DNA from: Microcoleus sp.
GTDB lineage: Bacteria; Cyanobacteriota; Cyanobacteriia; Cyanobacteriales; Microcoleaceae
Assembly (NCBI GenBank): GCA_052279835.1
Contig: CP181291.1
Location: forward strand, 3,744,001-3,808,000
DNA: 64,000 bases
Reading direction: 5' to 3'
The translations under genes and the position numbers were made by a program. Under the pieces are notes generated by a model. It was given only the letters and a program-made list of their open reading frames with translations. It had not been told where the DNA came from and did no database searches. This document shows, in pieces, positions 9,411-20,244 of the stretch. Each line of letters begins with the position of its first letter. Position 1 is the stretch's first letter.

Positions 9411-10949
9411 ATGTCAAGCGGTATCATGCAGCGCACCAAGATTCCTGATTCTGGTATCCCAGATTCTGTCAGTCCCCATCCTGCGGTTAATTTGGTTTTG
9501 CTAGCTCCTTCTGTGCTCGCACTCACTTGGTTTTTGGCAAATATCTCGGCTGTTAAGTGGCTGTTATCCTCGTTGGTCGAGATACCAACTCTCTACAAGA
9601 TACTAATTGGTTTATTGATTGTAGCATTAGTGGTGCGATCGATTGGAACTTCGGGGCGATCGCGCCCATCGATGCCAAAATTTGTTTTGAGGCGCTATCC
9701 CCTGCTGCTGATGTTGGGGGCCGGCATTTGCTCGATCGCACTTCAGTCCATAATTGAGATCCAACATATCACCGTACTGCTGTTTATCCTAGGAACCTAC
9801 GGATTATACGGCTTGTTTTCCGAACCCCATTTTTGGCAAAAAAACTTGCCCGTTGCAGGCTTATTGGCTTGTATTTTACCATTCAACAGTCAGTTGAGTA
9901 GCGGTTTAGGTTTACCAGCGCGAGTGATAACTGCACAAGTAGTAGAACAATTACTCTCGGCGTTGCAAATCGGAGCTATTTCCTCCTACGATATCATCGT
10001 GTTAGAAAATGGCATCGCCCATGTTGACGTACCTTGCAGCGGCATTAAAACCTTATTTGTCGGGACGCTATTTTTGCTGACAGCGACTTGGATTGAAAGT
10101 CGTAAATTAGGTTTAAAATGGCTGGCTTTATGGGCTGCTAACTTCTTAATGTTAGTTTCGGCTAATGCCGCACGAGTTGCAGTGCTAGTCCTAGTTACCA
10201 TAGTTTTTCAACAGCAAATGTATGCGGAAATTCTGCACGTACCCCTAGGAATTGTGGGATTAGTCTCTACTTGTTTTTTGACTTGGCTGATGTTGCAAAA
10301 AATTCCCAAAATTCCAGAATTACCAGTAAGTAATTTTTCCCAAAAAGACGACTCAGAAATATTCAGGAATCAGCCTTTAGCCCCACTCGGAGTAATTGCC
10401 GTAGTGGTCGTTATGGGGCTGGTTTCTCAATTATATCATGTAGAAAGTGCCAAAGTGGCGATCGCCCCCTTGAACATCCCACCACAAATTATATCCCAGT
10501 CCATACCCCTCAACCCCAGGGAACAAGAATTCTTTGGTAATTATCCCGGAACACAGACAGAAAAAATCAGATTTGTGTCAGGAAAATTGCGCGGTTCCCT
10601 GCTGACAGTTGCTAGCACATCTTGGCAGACATATCACGCACCGGAGTTATGTTTTTTCGCTAGTGGCATTCCAGTCGATCGCATCGAAAAAAAACAGCTA
10701 ACATCAGAGGTGATAGCCCGCTGGCTGTCTCTCAAAAACAACCAACTCTCCGCCGCATACTGGCTCCAATCCACCCAAGGAACAACAGATAACTTCTTGT
10801 CACGCATCAGCAGCGATATTCGTCACAAAAATCAAACTTGGGTGTTAGTCTCCATGCTCTTTGACAGTTATGTAAAACCGGAAGATTCGGAAATAAAAAA
10901 CTTCATTACCGATGTCCATGATGCCGTCAATATTAGCTTAAAAGGATAA
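9411..10949 (+). CDS. Exosortase, exosortase O type
   Basis: Multi-TM protein with VDVPCSG (catalytic Cys), NAARV and EILH; next gene carries PEP-CTERM. Confidence 0.82.
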   Translation: MSSGIMQRTKIPDSGIPDSVSPHPAVNLVLLAPSVLALTWFLANISAVKWLLSSLVEIPTLYKILIGLLIVALVVRSIGTSGRSRPSMPKFVLRRYPLLLMLGAGICSIALQSIIEIQHITVLLFILGTYGLYGLFSEPHFWQKNLPVAGLLACILPFNSQLSSGLGLPARVITAQVVEQLLSALQIGAISSYDIIVLENGIAHVDVPCSGIKTLFVGTLFLLTATWIESRKLGLKWLALWAANFLMLVSANAARVAVLVLVTIVFQQQMYAEILHVPLGIVGLVSTCFLTWLMLQKIPKIPELPVSNFSQKDDSEIFRNQPLAPLGVIAVVVVMGLVSQLYHVESAKVAIAPLNIPPQIISQSIPLNPREQEFFGNYPGTQTEKIRFVSGKLRGSLLTVASTSWQTYHAPELCFFASGIPVDRIEKKQLTSEVIARWLSLKNNQLSAAYWLQSTQGTTDNFLSRISSDIRHKNQTWVLVSMLFDSYVKPEDSEIKNFITDVHDAVNISLKG

Positions 10950-10953
10950 AAAA

Positions 10954-13827
10954 ATGAAGAAACTCAAACTCGCACTTAATATAATATTTCAGTCAATATT
11001 TTGGCTGTGGAACCTGACATTTTTGTCAATTGTCTATCTAGGTATTTTACCAGTTCTGGCTATACCCTTATTTCAAGCTACCATAGACGGAATTATCCCC
11101 CTGGAATTTTCCTTAACCCTCACCACCCTAATTGCAGTACCTACAATCTCAACCATCATCGGAGCCAGGTATTTAATAAAGCAACCATTGCAGTTAATGC
11201 GACTGTTTTACGGAGTGGAAGCGCCGTTATTTTTGCTTTGCTTAATTCGGTTATTTCTACTGCGAGAACTTACTCCTGCCAGCTCTGTAATAATCGCTAC
11301 TATAGCCTTGTGTATCGGAGCGTTTTTAGTAGAAATTCTTTACGGATACCTGGGAAAAACCGAAAATAGTAGCTCGGAATTATCGGGGTTCCCAAATCAA
11401 CCAAAACCGTTTATATTAACTATATTAATAGGAAAAGAAAATAGTGCCAGGATTCAATTACTATTTCATAGTTTAATGCTCTTGGTTGGTACTTGGGCTG
11501 CCACGTTGCTAATGTTTTACGCTTTACCTGTCGCCATTGTGACCATCGTGGGATTTTTGAGTTTTGCTTGGGTGCAACCACTTATAGAATCTTTGAAATA
11601 CAGTTCATTATCTATAATTTGGTGGCTGCCATTCTCCTTAATTATGTTTGGCTTTACCTCCAGCTTATTCGTGGTAATGCCTTCACTTTACGGATTTCTA
11701 TATCTTCAGTCAGGTTACAAAATATTTCGGAGCTTTGCTACTCAATATGGTAAAAATCAGGCAATTTTCGGAAGTTTAGCAGTAATCGCAACATGGGTAG
11801 CTATTTTTGCAACTTTGCAGCAACAGCCACAAATTCAAGCACTGAAAATGCTAGGGACTCCACCGATTAATGAGAGCAGCAGGCAAACTATATTAGCTAA
11901 ATCTGATAGGATTCGAGCGGGCTTAGTCAACGCTTATTTATCACCTTACCGCTATCTCAGCACAGTGGAAGAAAACAACCACATTTATGAGATGTACAAA
12001 AACACTTTAAATTTGAATAAAGGTGCGGCTCAGGCTGTCCAGAACAGCTATAATTTTTTAATGTCTCCCTTTTTATATCAAGGCTCTGAGGCGGATGTGA
12101 AGAAAGCTGAAAAACTCTACGGTGAATTCTTTGATACGGAATTGCAAAAAGGTGATGCCGAAGCAGTCAAACACGCCGTACAATCCACCTCAAATCGGGA
12201 AGAAGCTAAAGCAGGTTTGCTGAATGTCAATCAAGAAAAAGTATGGTTGCAATCCCAAGAAGTAACAGTCAAAGAACATGGTGATTGGGCTGATATTCAA
12301 CTCTACGAAGTTTACAAAAATCAAACACCCAACTTGCAAGAAGTATTTTATTATTTCTCCTTACCAGAAAGCGCCGCAGTCACAGGAATTTGGCTTGGTG
12401 ATACAGGGGATTTGAAAAAACGTTTTCCATTTACTGTATCGCCACGAGGTGCCGCTCAACAAGTCTACAATCAGCAGGTGAGAGAAAATGTAGATCCCGC
12501 TTTGCTAGAACAAATTGGTCCGAAACAATATCGCTTGCGGGCTTTTCCCATCCCTGCTAAACGAGAATTCAGACAAACTGAGGGGCCCACGGAAATGCAC
12601 CTCTGGCTGACTTACAAAGTGATGCGACAAGCACAGGGTTGGGCGATGCCGAATTTAGCCGAGAAACGCAATATTTTTTGGGACAAAAAGACTCGTCGCA
12701 CTATGGCGGGGAAACAGGTAAACTACAATGGAAAAGAGGCAAAAGAAATTTGGCTTCCAGCATTTTTGCCAGCAGTTGCACCGCCACAAATTATACCACA
12801 TCTAGCTAATTTTCCTGGACAAAATACTATTTTTGCTCAGCCACTGATTGATGTAAATTACTTTTTGCCACAGGTAAAAAAAATAGCCTTGGTGCTGGAT
12901 ACTTCTCGCAGCATGGCGACGGAAACTAAAGAACTCAAGGATAATTTTGAATGGTTAAAAAAGAATATTTTAACCACAAATAATGTAGATTTATATGTGT
13001 CGAGTGCGCCCGGTATGTCCCCGAAGTTGGTAGAAAATTTACGCAGTTTTAATGTAGAAAAGTTAACGTTTTATGGTTCGATTCAATTGAAGGATATCTT
13101 GCAACAGTTTGCCAAGTTGCGCGGCGATCGCACTTATGATAGTGTATTCTTGGTGAGCGATCGGCATAGTTACGAATTATCAGACGATCGCAAAAACACC
13201 GTTTCCATGGCTGCACCGTTGTGGACAGTGCATTTGGGAGGCTTACCACCGGGTTATGACGACGCTACTTTAAAGGTGATTCAAGATAGCGGCGGCGGAG
13301 TTGCTACGGATCTTAAAGAAGCAATGCAGCGAGTGGCGACGACGGCAGCATCTGGCAAGTCTGTAATTAGTGTTGTTGATGGCTATGCTTGGAGTTATGC
13401 CAAAAAGCCGAAATCGGAAAAAACTCAGAAATCGACTGCTACAGAGTTAAAAAATGACAAAAATCAAGGTTTTAAACCCATAGCAGCGCGACAATTAATT
13501 ACAGCACTTAGCAAACAGAAAACTTCCAATCAATTGAGTCAATTGGATGCGATGCACTCCCTGGCAAAAACCTTTAATGTAGTGACACCTTACTCTTCCA
13601 TGATTGTGTTAGTGAATGATGACCAAAGACAGCAGCTAAAACAAGCCGAAGCGAAAAAAGATCGATTTGAACGCGAGGTAGAATCCGGTAAAGAAGAGTT
13701 GACTAAACCCAGCAATCCTTTAAATGTTTCCGGGGTTCCTGAACCAGAAGAATGGCTGCTTTTGGGGCTTAGTGCGATCGGACTTTTGGCAATTTTATAC
13801 CGTCAGCGGCGATCGAAAATAGTATAA
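10954..13827 (+). CDS. Integral-membrane PEP-CTERM protein with VIT/vWA-like region (TIGR02921-like)
   Basis: N-terminal TM helices, FYYFSLPESAAV, VDPALLEQ, LVLDTSRSM; C-terminal VPEPEEWLLL-TM-RQRR. Confidence 0.85.
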   Translation: MKKLKLALNIIFQSIFWLWNLTFLSIVYLGILPVLAIPLFQATIDGIIPLEFSLTLTTLIAVPTISTIIGARYLIKQPLQLMRLFYGVEAPLFLLCLIRLFLLRELTPASSVIIATIALCIGAFLVEILYGYLGKTENSSSELSGFPNQPKPFILTILIGKENSARIQLLFHSLMLLVGTWAATLLMFYALPVAIVTIVGFLSFAWVQPLIESLKYSSLSIIWWLPFSLIMFGFTSSLFVVMPSLYGFLYLQSGYKIFRSFATQYGKNQAIFGSLAVIATWVAIFATLQQQPQIQALKMLGTPPINESSRQTILAKSDRIRAGLVNAYLSPYRYLSTVEENNHIYEMYKNTLNLNKGAAQAVQNSYNFLMSPFLYQGSEADVKKAEKLYGEFFDTELQKGDAEAVKHAVQSTSNREEAKAGLLNVNQEKVWLQSQEVTVKEHGDWADIQLYEVYKNQTPNLQEVFYYFSLPESAAVTGIWLGDTGDLKKRFPFTVSPRGAAQQVYNQQVRENVDPALLEQIGPKQYRLRAFPIPAKREFRQTEGPTEMHLWLTYKVMRQAQGWAMPNLAEKRNIFWDKKTRRTMAGKQVNYNGKEAKEIWLPAFLPAVAPPQIIPHLANFPGQNTIFAQPLIDVNYFLPQVKKIALVLDTSRSMATETKELKDNFEWLKKNILTTNNVDLYVSSAPGMSPKLVENLRSFNVEKLTFYGSIQLKDILQQFAKLRGDRTYDSVFLVSDRHSYELSDDRKNTVSMAAPLWTVHLGGLPPGYDDATLKVIQDSGGGVATDLKEAMQRVATTAASGKSVISVVDGYAWSYAKKPKSEKTQKSTATELKNDKNQGFKPIAARQLITALSKQKTSNQLSQLDAMHSLAKTFNVVTPYSSMIVLVNDDQRQQLKQAEAKKDRFEREVESGKEELTKPSNPLNVSGVPEPEEWLLLGLSAIGLLAILYRQRRSKIV

Positions 13828-13842
13828 ACTACGCACGAGCCC

Positions 13843-13907
13843 AGAAACCGGGTTTTTCACCTAATTTAGAGTGTGTAACCAACTATTTCGTAAAAAACCC
13901 GGTTTCT
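13843..13907. repeat. Palindromic short dispersed repeat AGAAACCGGGTTT...AAACCCGGTTTCT
   Basis: Terminal inverted repeats; related copies near 26513-26575, 26769-26831, 29982-30046 and 30067-30130. Confidence 0.8.
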
Positions 13908-14059
13908 TTGTCGGAGTGCGTAAATCCTGTAATTACTAAAACTATTGCTATTTTTGCATTTTCTTACTTCCCTCTTCTATAGTGAGTCTAAATAAGTCCT
14001 AAAACTCTCTTCTGTTTCCGTTCTTCGCGTTCTTCGCGCCTTCGCGGTTCGTTATATAA

Positions 14060-14362
14060 CTAATCTATTTCCACAAAAACGCGATCGCCCTCAATCTTGA
14101 TCGGATAAGATTCGAGAGAATCCGCAGGTGCATTCAAACATTTACCGCTATCTAACTTGTACTGATATTTATGAAACGGACAAGTAATGATACCGCCGCT
14201 TACCTTACCCATATCAATCGGATATTCCAAATGAGTGCAAGCATTGCGGTAACAAGTCACATTCGTACCTTGACGATTCAAAATTAGTGAAGTCTCCTCA
14301 ACTTTTACCTTCAATACACCCCATTCGGGAACCTGATTTAGCGCTGTTATTTCTACCCACAT
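14060..14362 (-). CDS. Rieske [2Fe-2S] ferredoxin-like protein
   Basis: CTH and CPFH boxes; probable start MWVEIT at 14362. Confidence 0.88.
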   Translation of the reverse strand: MWVEITALNQVPEWGVLKVKVEETSLILNRQGTNVTCYRNACTHLEYPIDMGKVSGGIITCPFHKYQYKLDSGKCLNAPADSLESYPIKIEGDRVFVEID

Positions 14363-14567
14363 ATGATTTTTTGGTTTAAATAAAAAAGGAACGCCTGAGA
14401 ATTCCCTACAATCGTTTGCACAGAATCTTGCAACAGGTAGCAGAATCTCAACCAGCAGCAACAGCCGATGTGCTAGACTTTCTGTATAGGACGATAGACC
14501 AGGGAGAGGCGATCGCCGATGCCTCAGAAGCCAGTATTCAAGAAATTAAAAGGAGCTGGAATCTGCC

Positions 14568-14771
14568 ATGACTCAACAGCCAAGAATACCCGATTTAGAA
14601 ACTAGACAGCAAAATGTTGCTAGGATGCGAGAATCTTGCCAGCAGCTTGATATTGTCAATTTAAAATTAGATGAAGTGCTCGCAATGTTAGAAGCTGATA
14701 ATCGCCGTCAGCGACAGGAACGTTTAGATGGCAAATATCGCCGAGTGCAAGAAAAAGTAGCTGAGTCATAA
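14568..14771 (+). CDS. Small hypothetical coiled-coil protein
   Basis: 67-aa ORF with AGGAG upstream; no recognised motif. Confidence 0.45.
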   Translation: MTQQPRIPDLETRQQNVARMRESCQQLDIVNLKLDEVLAMLEADNRRQRQERLDGKYRRVQEKVAES

Positions 14772-14795
14772 ATTATGTTGGCGCTCCTTAGATTT

Positions 14796-14877
14796 AACGG
14801 ACAAGTAATGATACCGCCGCTTACCTTACCCATATCAATCGGATATTCCAAATGAGTGCAAGCATTGCGGTAACAAG
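14796..14877 (-). repeat. Exact 82-bp copy of the Rieske gene core (14175-14256)
   Basis: Identical sequence, encoding CYRNACTHLEYPIDMGKVSGGIITCP. Confidence 0.92.
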
Positions 14878-15063
14878 CTATAATTCGCGATCGCCCGCGT
14901 AATCGATCGCCAACTCCTCTTAAAATCTGACTTGACTGCAAAAGCTGTTGCCAGATCGTTCACACCTGCAAACAATGTTATATCATCCCTAGTTGCGTCA
15001 ACGTTACCATAGGCAACATTTACCAAACGATCGCCCTGTTAAAAAGCTCGGCCTGGTGGGACA

Positions 15064-16461
15064 ATGTTGATATCCCGTCAAATTATTCCCACCATGAATA
15101 ACTGGCCGAAATTCCTGCCCAATCCTACATCATGGGCAAGAGGTTTTGCCTTAAGCATTAGCTTTTGGCTGATTGTTTCCGTATTCCTGCCCAATGCTTA
15201 CTACTATTCTTATGGATTTAGCAGGACTTACTGGCGCACGATCTTCGGCAGATCTGATGTTGATATCATTGTATTTGCTTGGTTGTCCCAAATCTGGTTA
15301 TTTGCTTTCTATCACTGGGCGCTAACTAAGTTTGCAGAATGGGTGGAAATCCGCCGGCACGGGCAGCCAGTGGCAATATCGGCGTGGCAGCACGGTCGAG
15401 AAGGAATTATCGCGTTTCTGACTTTGCCAGCAGCGATCGCGATCGGAATTCCGGCGATCGCCATTTTTATGCTGCCGGTTAGAAGCTCTGGGGGCGCGTT
15501 GATAGCCGTAATTCTAGGAACTGCGATCGCCTCTGCTTACCTGTATTATTTCCGCTTTGGAAAGCTGCTGAAAACTATTATTAAACCTGTCTGGTTTTTT
15601 TATGCAAACCAGCTCAAAATAGTTGAACTTTTGTTAGTTCCAATCCTCACCGGTACTCCCTTTTTCCTGCTAACTATTGCCACAGCCCAAATCGTGCCCA
15701 GGCAGTTACTACCGCTGACAACTTTTTTATTAGTTGTTTGCGTATTTCTGAGTTCCCTAGTCGGATATGCAGCCTTGCAATATTGGTCAGCACATCTCGT
15801 TAATTGGGTCGCGACGTGGTGGCCCGCCGAATCTCCTGGTTACAGCAACCTCCAAACTCGAAAAAGCTGGAAACATAACAAGACAGCAACCAGCAAATCT
15901 TTTATCCACCACAGCACCAGTTGGCACTTAGCAGCTAATGACGCTACCAACTTGATTTATCTAAATGCGATGTCGCTGATTGTTGCTTCGCTCGGTTATT
16001 TGTTGTTTGGAGACTCCCAAGAGTGGTCAAAAACGCAAGAAGAGATTCTGGGATTTGTGGTGGTGGCAGCTTGGATGGCGCTGTGGCATTTCTGGGGATG
16101 GCCGCGCGAAGTAGAAATTGCCAACCGTGAGGGCGAGGCTAAAAAAAGTCGGGGTTCAGCTAAGAAAAAGCGATCGGCCTCCAAATCACCTCCTGCCGAT
16201 CCCATAGAACAAAATCTCAACCAGCTTAAGGCAGAAGCTGGAATGAATCGCATGAAGTCAGTAAGGCAAACGGCGCGGCCAACTCCTGAAGTTGCCGAAT
16301 GGTACGTATTTCGATCGGGTAAAGCCGATGGCCCGTATACTAAATTGCAACTATGGGAAGTTGAGGAAATCACAGCCCGAACTAAAGTGCGGCGCGGGGA
16401 AGCTGAGTGGCAGCGCGCCGGTGAAATTCCAGAACTCGCACCATATCTCAGTCAAAAATAA
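15064..16461 (+). CDS. Multi-pass membrane protein with C-terminal GYF_2 (DUF4339)-like domain
   Basis: Many TM segments; C-terminal WYVFRSGKADGPY...EWQRAGEIPEL. Confidence 0.75.
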   Translation: MLISRQIIPTMNNWPKFLPNPTSWARGFALSISFWLIVSVFLPNAYYYSYGFSRTYWRTIFGRSDVDIIVFAWLSQIWLFAFYHWALTKFAEWVEIRRHGQPVAISAWQHGREGIIAFLTLPAAIAIGIPAIAIFMLPVRSSGGALIAVILGTAIASAYLYYFRFGKLLKTIIKPVWFFYANQLKIVELLLVPILTGTPFFLLTIATAQIVPRQLLPLTTFLLVVCVFLSSLVGYAALQYWSAHLVNWVATWWPAESPGYSNLQTRKSWKHNKTATSKSFIHHSTSWHLAANDATNLIYLNAMSLIVASLGYLLFGDSQEWSKTQEEILGFVVVAAWMALWHFWGWPREVEIANREGEAKKSRGSAKKKRSASKSPPADPIEQNLNQLKAEAGMNRMKSVRQTARPTPEVAEWYVFRSGKADGPYTKLQLWEVEEITARTKVRRGEAEWQRAGEIPELAPYLSQK

Positions 16462-16521
16462 GAGACTTCGATCGCCCTTGAATGCAGGACAATGGGTGCG
16501 AGACTTTCCACACCTGAGCAC

Positions 16522-16759
16522 TTAACCATTTTCCTCGCCATTTCCCAGGTACAACCTGACGAATTCATTAGCCGCTTCCAGATTGAATGTCTGCAACGCT
16601 TGCTTAATCGCAAATACCGCCTCAGCGGACGGGGTCTCGCTCCTCACTCACCCAACGGCTAACGTTTGAGCGATCGATTTCCATCTTTGCCGCCAATTGA
16701 TATTGACTGATATCGTATGCCTCTAATATTTTTTTGAGGGCTTTACCTGCTCTTCCCAT
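16522..16759 (-). CDS. XRE-family HTH regulator with a +1 frameshift (missed by the ORF track)
   Basis: MGRAGKALKKILEAYDISQYQLAAKMEIDRSNVSRWVSEERDP continues as SAEAVFAIKQAL...FVRLYLG once one base of the G4 run at 16631-16634 is removed. Confidence 0.8.
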
Positions 16760-16874
16760 GCTCCCGATTGTGTCAGAGAGTCACGATTCTGTAAACGTTG
16801 CTGATTGTCATCTAATGCGTTACAGTCAAAATAGTTGACAATTAGCAACTACTAGATCGAGGAAATTTACCGCA

Positions 16875-17138
16875 ATGACTCAAACACAGCTTTTTGTGTC
16901 CACAGATATCAACGAAATCCCGGCATCGCCCACCTTGCAGCCAAATCCAGTGCCTGCTGAACCAAACCGGGAACCTGTGCTGATCCTGGTAATTGGCTCC
17001 CAGAAGGGAATCGATAAAATTGTTAGCGCGCTCTACTTGCGTCGCTTTGCAGCAGTTCAAGAATGGTCGCAGATTGTACCTGCCCCAACTTTCGGCAAGC
17101 TCATGCGGAGTTTGATTCGCTATGTTTCTCTAGATTAG
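16875..17138 (+). CDS. Conserved cyanobacterial small hypothetical protein, divergent from the XRE gene
   Basis: REPVLILVIGS...FAAVQEWS motif; GAGG RBS-like sequence upstream. Confidence 0.65.
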   Translation: MTQTQLFVSTDINEIPASPTLQPNPVPAEPNREPVLILVIGSQKGIDKIVSALYLRRFAAVQEWSQIVPAPTFGKLMRSLIRYVSLD

Positions 17139-17482
17139 ATTGGGCAAAAATGCTCTTTTACATCAGACGCAGTGCTCTGCAAGACTCAATGGGGCGATCG
17201 CATTTTGAATTAAGTGCGATCGTTTCTTCCTTGGCCAATTGCCTAAATTAGCTGATGCTTTCCATCGCACTTTCCTTTAGTTTGCACCATTGCCATTGAT
17301 ATCGAAGCTTTTTATGATGGGAATTTCTGAAGGTGAAGAGGCTACTATTCGCAGGTTTATATCAACTATGATTTGATTTTTATCAAGAACTACATTTGCT
17401 TTTTTTATTATAATTTTTGCCGATAAACAATCGCCTGATTCAGGTTCGGGAGACGACAGAGTTTTATATCCTGCGTCCTCCC

Positions 17483-18151
17483 CTAAGGATGAATCTGACT
17501 CAAAATCACCCGCAACCGATCGTAATCATCCTTCAACAACACACTCAAACTCCTCCCCGCTTCCACCAACCAAGATCGATCGCGCTTTCGCAACTGATAA
17601 ATCTCTCGAATCGCCGCCGCCGTCAGCGCTTCCACCGGCGCATTAGCTACCCCTAACAGCGTCCTCAAAAAATCCAACTGAGCACTAAAATCAATCACCT
17701 CATCCGGTTCACACCGATATACCGCCTGGTGAATTTGTGGTGGCCGTGGCGGAATATACTGATAAATAGTTCCCCGTTGTGGCGCATAACCATTCAAGCT
17801 TTCACCAGCAGTTTCAAAACCCACAATTGCCGCTCGAAACTCAGTCTTTAACATCGCAAAAATCTGCGGTTGTTCCTCCCGCAACTCTTGCAGCGACATC
17901 CCTAATGCCCGCGCTCTGTGCACGGTGTCGATCGGGCTAGTTGTGGCATGATAAACTACTGCTATCACTAGATTTCCCGACTGTTCATCGGTAGCTTTCA
18001 CCCAACTCCCAAAAGGTGGCATCGCCGGAAAACTCAAGTCTTCTGGATCTAAACATTGGGCTAAAAATTCTGTAGTTGCAGTTTCAATAATTTCGCCAAT
18101 ATGGTCGTTTAGACGCTGTTTTTCTGGGAATTGGGGGAGGTTTATACGCAT
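17483..18151 (-). CDS. HAS-barrel domain protein
   Basis: IGEIIETATTEFLAQC, PPFGSWVK, PIDTVHRARALG, PPRPPQIH. Confidence 0.75.
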   Translation of the reverse strand: MRINLPQFPEKQRLNDHIGEIIETATTEFLAQCLDPEDLSFPAMPPFGSWVKATDEQSGNLVIAVVYHATTSPIDTVHRARALGMSLQELREEQPQIFAMLKTEFRAAIVGFETAGESLNGYAPQRGTIYQYIPPRPPQIHQAVYRCEPDEVIDFSAQLDFLRTLLGVANAPVEALTAAAIREIYQLRKRDRSWLVEAGRSLSVLLKDDYDRLRVILSQIHP

Positions 18152-18152
18152 A

Positions 18153-18289
18153 TTGGGAATTGGGAATTGGGAATTAGGAATTAGGAATTGGGAATTGGGA
18201 ATTGGGAATTAGGAATTGGGAATTAGGAATTGGGAATTGGGAATTGGGAATTGGGAATTGGGAATTGGGAATTGGGAATTGGAAATTGG
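18153..18289 (+). repeat. Heptamer STRR array (TTGGGAA/TTAGGAA)n
   Basis: About 19 tandem units visible. Confidence 0.95.
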
Positions 18290-18396
18290 TTGGTCGTTAG
18301 CTATTAGAAGTAAGTTTGATATAATACTCATAAATAATAGCTAATGACAACCAACTACCGACTAATGACTACTGACTAATGACTAATGACTACTGA

Positions 18397-18588
18397 CTAT
18401 TTTGTTCGGCCTGCGGTAGCATCCACAAGTTCTAATTGCGACAGCCGAAATGAAATTAGTTTGTCCCAATTGCCACCTTCAAATAGTACCGCGACTTTCC
18501 CGTCGGTGACTCGCTGGACAAGTCCTTGAAAGCCGTAGTAAATCTCGACTTTATCTTTCACTCGAACTGCTGAACCTGGAAAAATCAT
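18397..18588 (-). CDS. ndhS: NDH-1 complex subunit S
   Basis: [10 protein letters not shown]...[31 protein letters not shown]. Confidence 0.92.
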   Translation of the reverse strand: MIFPGSAVRVKDKVEIYYGFQGLVQRVTDGKVAVLFEGGNWDKLISFRLSQLELVDATAGRTK

Positions 18589-18658
18589 ATTTTTTTCAAT
18601 GTTATGTTTGGTGTTTATAGCTTACCGTTTTTTGGCGATCGAGTTCGGAGACGGCACT

Positions 18659-18869
18659 GCCCATTGGTGTCAACTTAAGCTGTCAGCTCGCCAAGCCCGT
18701 CTGTGGGCCCGCGAGTCCTAAGCGTGAATGAATTCCCTGTCTAATAGCGAAAGTCCTCGCTATGAGGACTAATGAGTTCTTCAGTCCTCTTGAGAGGACT
18801 TTCGCTTTGAGACAGGGGTTTCAACCCCTGTCGGACTGTGGAATGAACGTTAAGTTGACACCTATGGGC
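18659..18869. mobile_element. MITE-like element with 20-bp terminal inverted repeats
   Basis: GCCCATTGGTGTCAACTTAA ... TTAAGTTGACACCTATGGGC (1 mismatch), internal hairpins, no ORF. Confidence 0.78.
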
Positions 18870-18886
18870 TTTTGGAGTGTCCTGAT

Positions 18887-19973
18887 TTAAGCTAAGGCTG
18901 CTACAGAAACTTTACCAGCAATCCTACCCGCGATCGCCCGCAATTCCCTCGCCGAAGCAGAACCCGGTTGTCCCACCACAATCGGTACGCCGGAATCCCC
19001 ACCTTCCCGCAACGGAATTTCCAGCGGAATCCGCCCTAACAGCGGCACTCCCAACTCAGCAGCCGTCCTTTCCCCGCCACCGGAACCGAAAATATCATAT
19101 TGCTTATCCGGCATATCCGGCGGCACGAAATAGCTCATATTTTCGACAATTCCCAACACCGACACTCCCAACTGCTGGAACATCTTTAACCCTTTGCGGG
19201 AGTCCAACAGCGAGACAGTCTGTGGCGTAGTCACAATCACCACACCGGCCATTGGTACCGCTTGGGCCATCGTTAACTGCGCGTCTCCTGTACCCGGAGG
19301 CATATCCACAATCAGATAGTCTAAATCGCCCCAATTTACCTGGTAGAGAAACTGCCGGATGATCCCATTCAACATCGGGCCTCGCCAAATTACAGGCTGG
19401 TCTTTCTCAATTAAAAATGCCATCGACACCAATTTGACGCCGTAATTGAAGGCTGGTTGAAGGGTTTCGCCACTTTTTCCCTCTTGAACCATGACTTTGG
19501 CATCACCGAGTCCCAACATTGTCGGGGTCGTTGGGCCCATAGATATCGGCATCTAGCAAACCGACTTTAGCACCGGTTTGAGCCAGGGCTACTGCGACGT
19601 TTACCGCTACTGTACTTTTGCCGACTCCGCCTTTGCCACTGGAAATTGCGATAATATTTTTAACGCCTTCTATGCCTTGGCGATCGCCTACTCCCTTCTG
19701 CTGCGGTGTTTCTGCTGTCACCTCCACAGCTACTGTTTCGACACCGGGCAATTGTTTGACCGCTTTTTTGCAATCATCGACAATAAATTCTCGCAGCGGA
19801 CAAGCTGGCGTTGTCAGCACCAAGGTGAAGCTGACGACTCCGCCGTCGATTTTGATGTTGCGGATCATGTTCAATTCCACCAAACTCTTTTGTAGTTCGG
19901 GGTCTTGGACTGGTCGCAGGATTTCTAAAACTGAACTAACATCAAGTGTATTGGGCATTATGTTCTCCACCAT
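18887..19973 (-). CDS. mrp: Mrp/ApbC Fe-S cluster carrier ATPase, split by a +1 frameshift
   Basis: DPEL/TTPACP domain, [30 protein letters not shown]. Removing one G from 19524-19527 joins the two ORFs. Confidence 0.9.
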
Positions 19974-20244
19974 AGCTCTGCAATTGGGTCTGTAATTTGC
20001 GATCGATCTTTCAGTATATTTTTATTGCCATTTTTTAATCTAACTTCATAGAGATCTTTTACCGACCAACGGTGGCATAATTACAGTGCCGACAGGATTT
20101 GAGACTCACGGTCAATCTGAAACTCACATCCGACGATCGGCAAGAATTTCTACGACTCAAAGCAATTTGGTAACAAGCGCCGAATTGATCCGTGGTCGCG
20201 ATTCTTCAATTCTTAAATTCTTAAATTCTTCAATCTAAAATCGG

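Noticed and set aside
14175..14877. Second TR/VR pair
   Set aside because: The copies are identical, with no adenine-specific differences or AAY enrichment.
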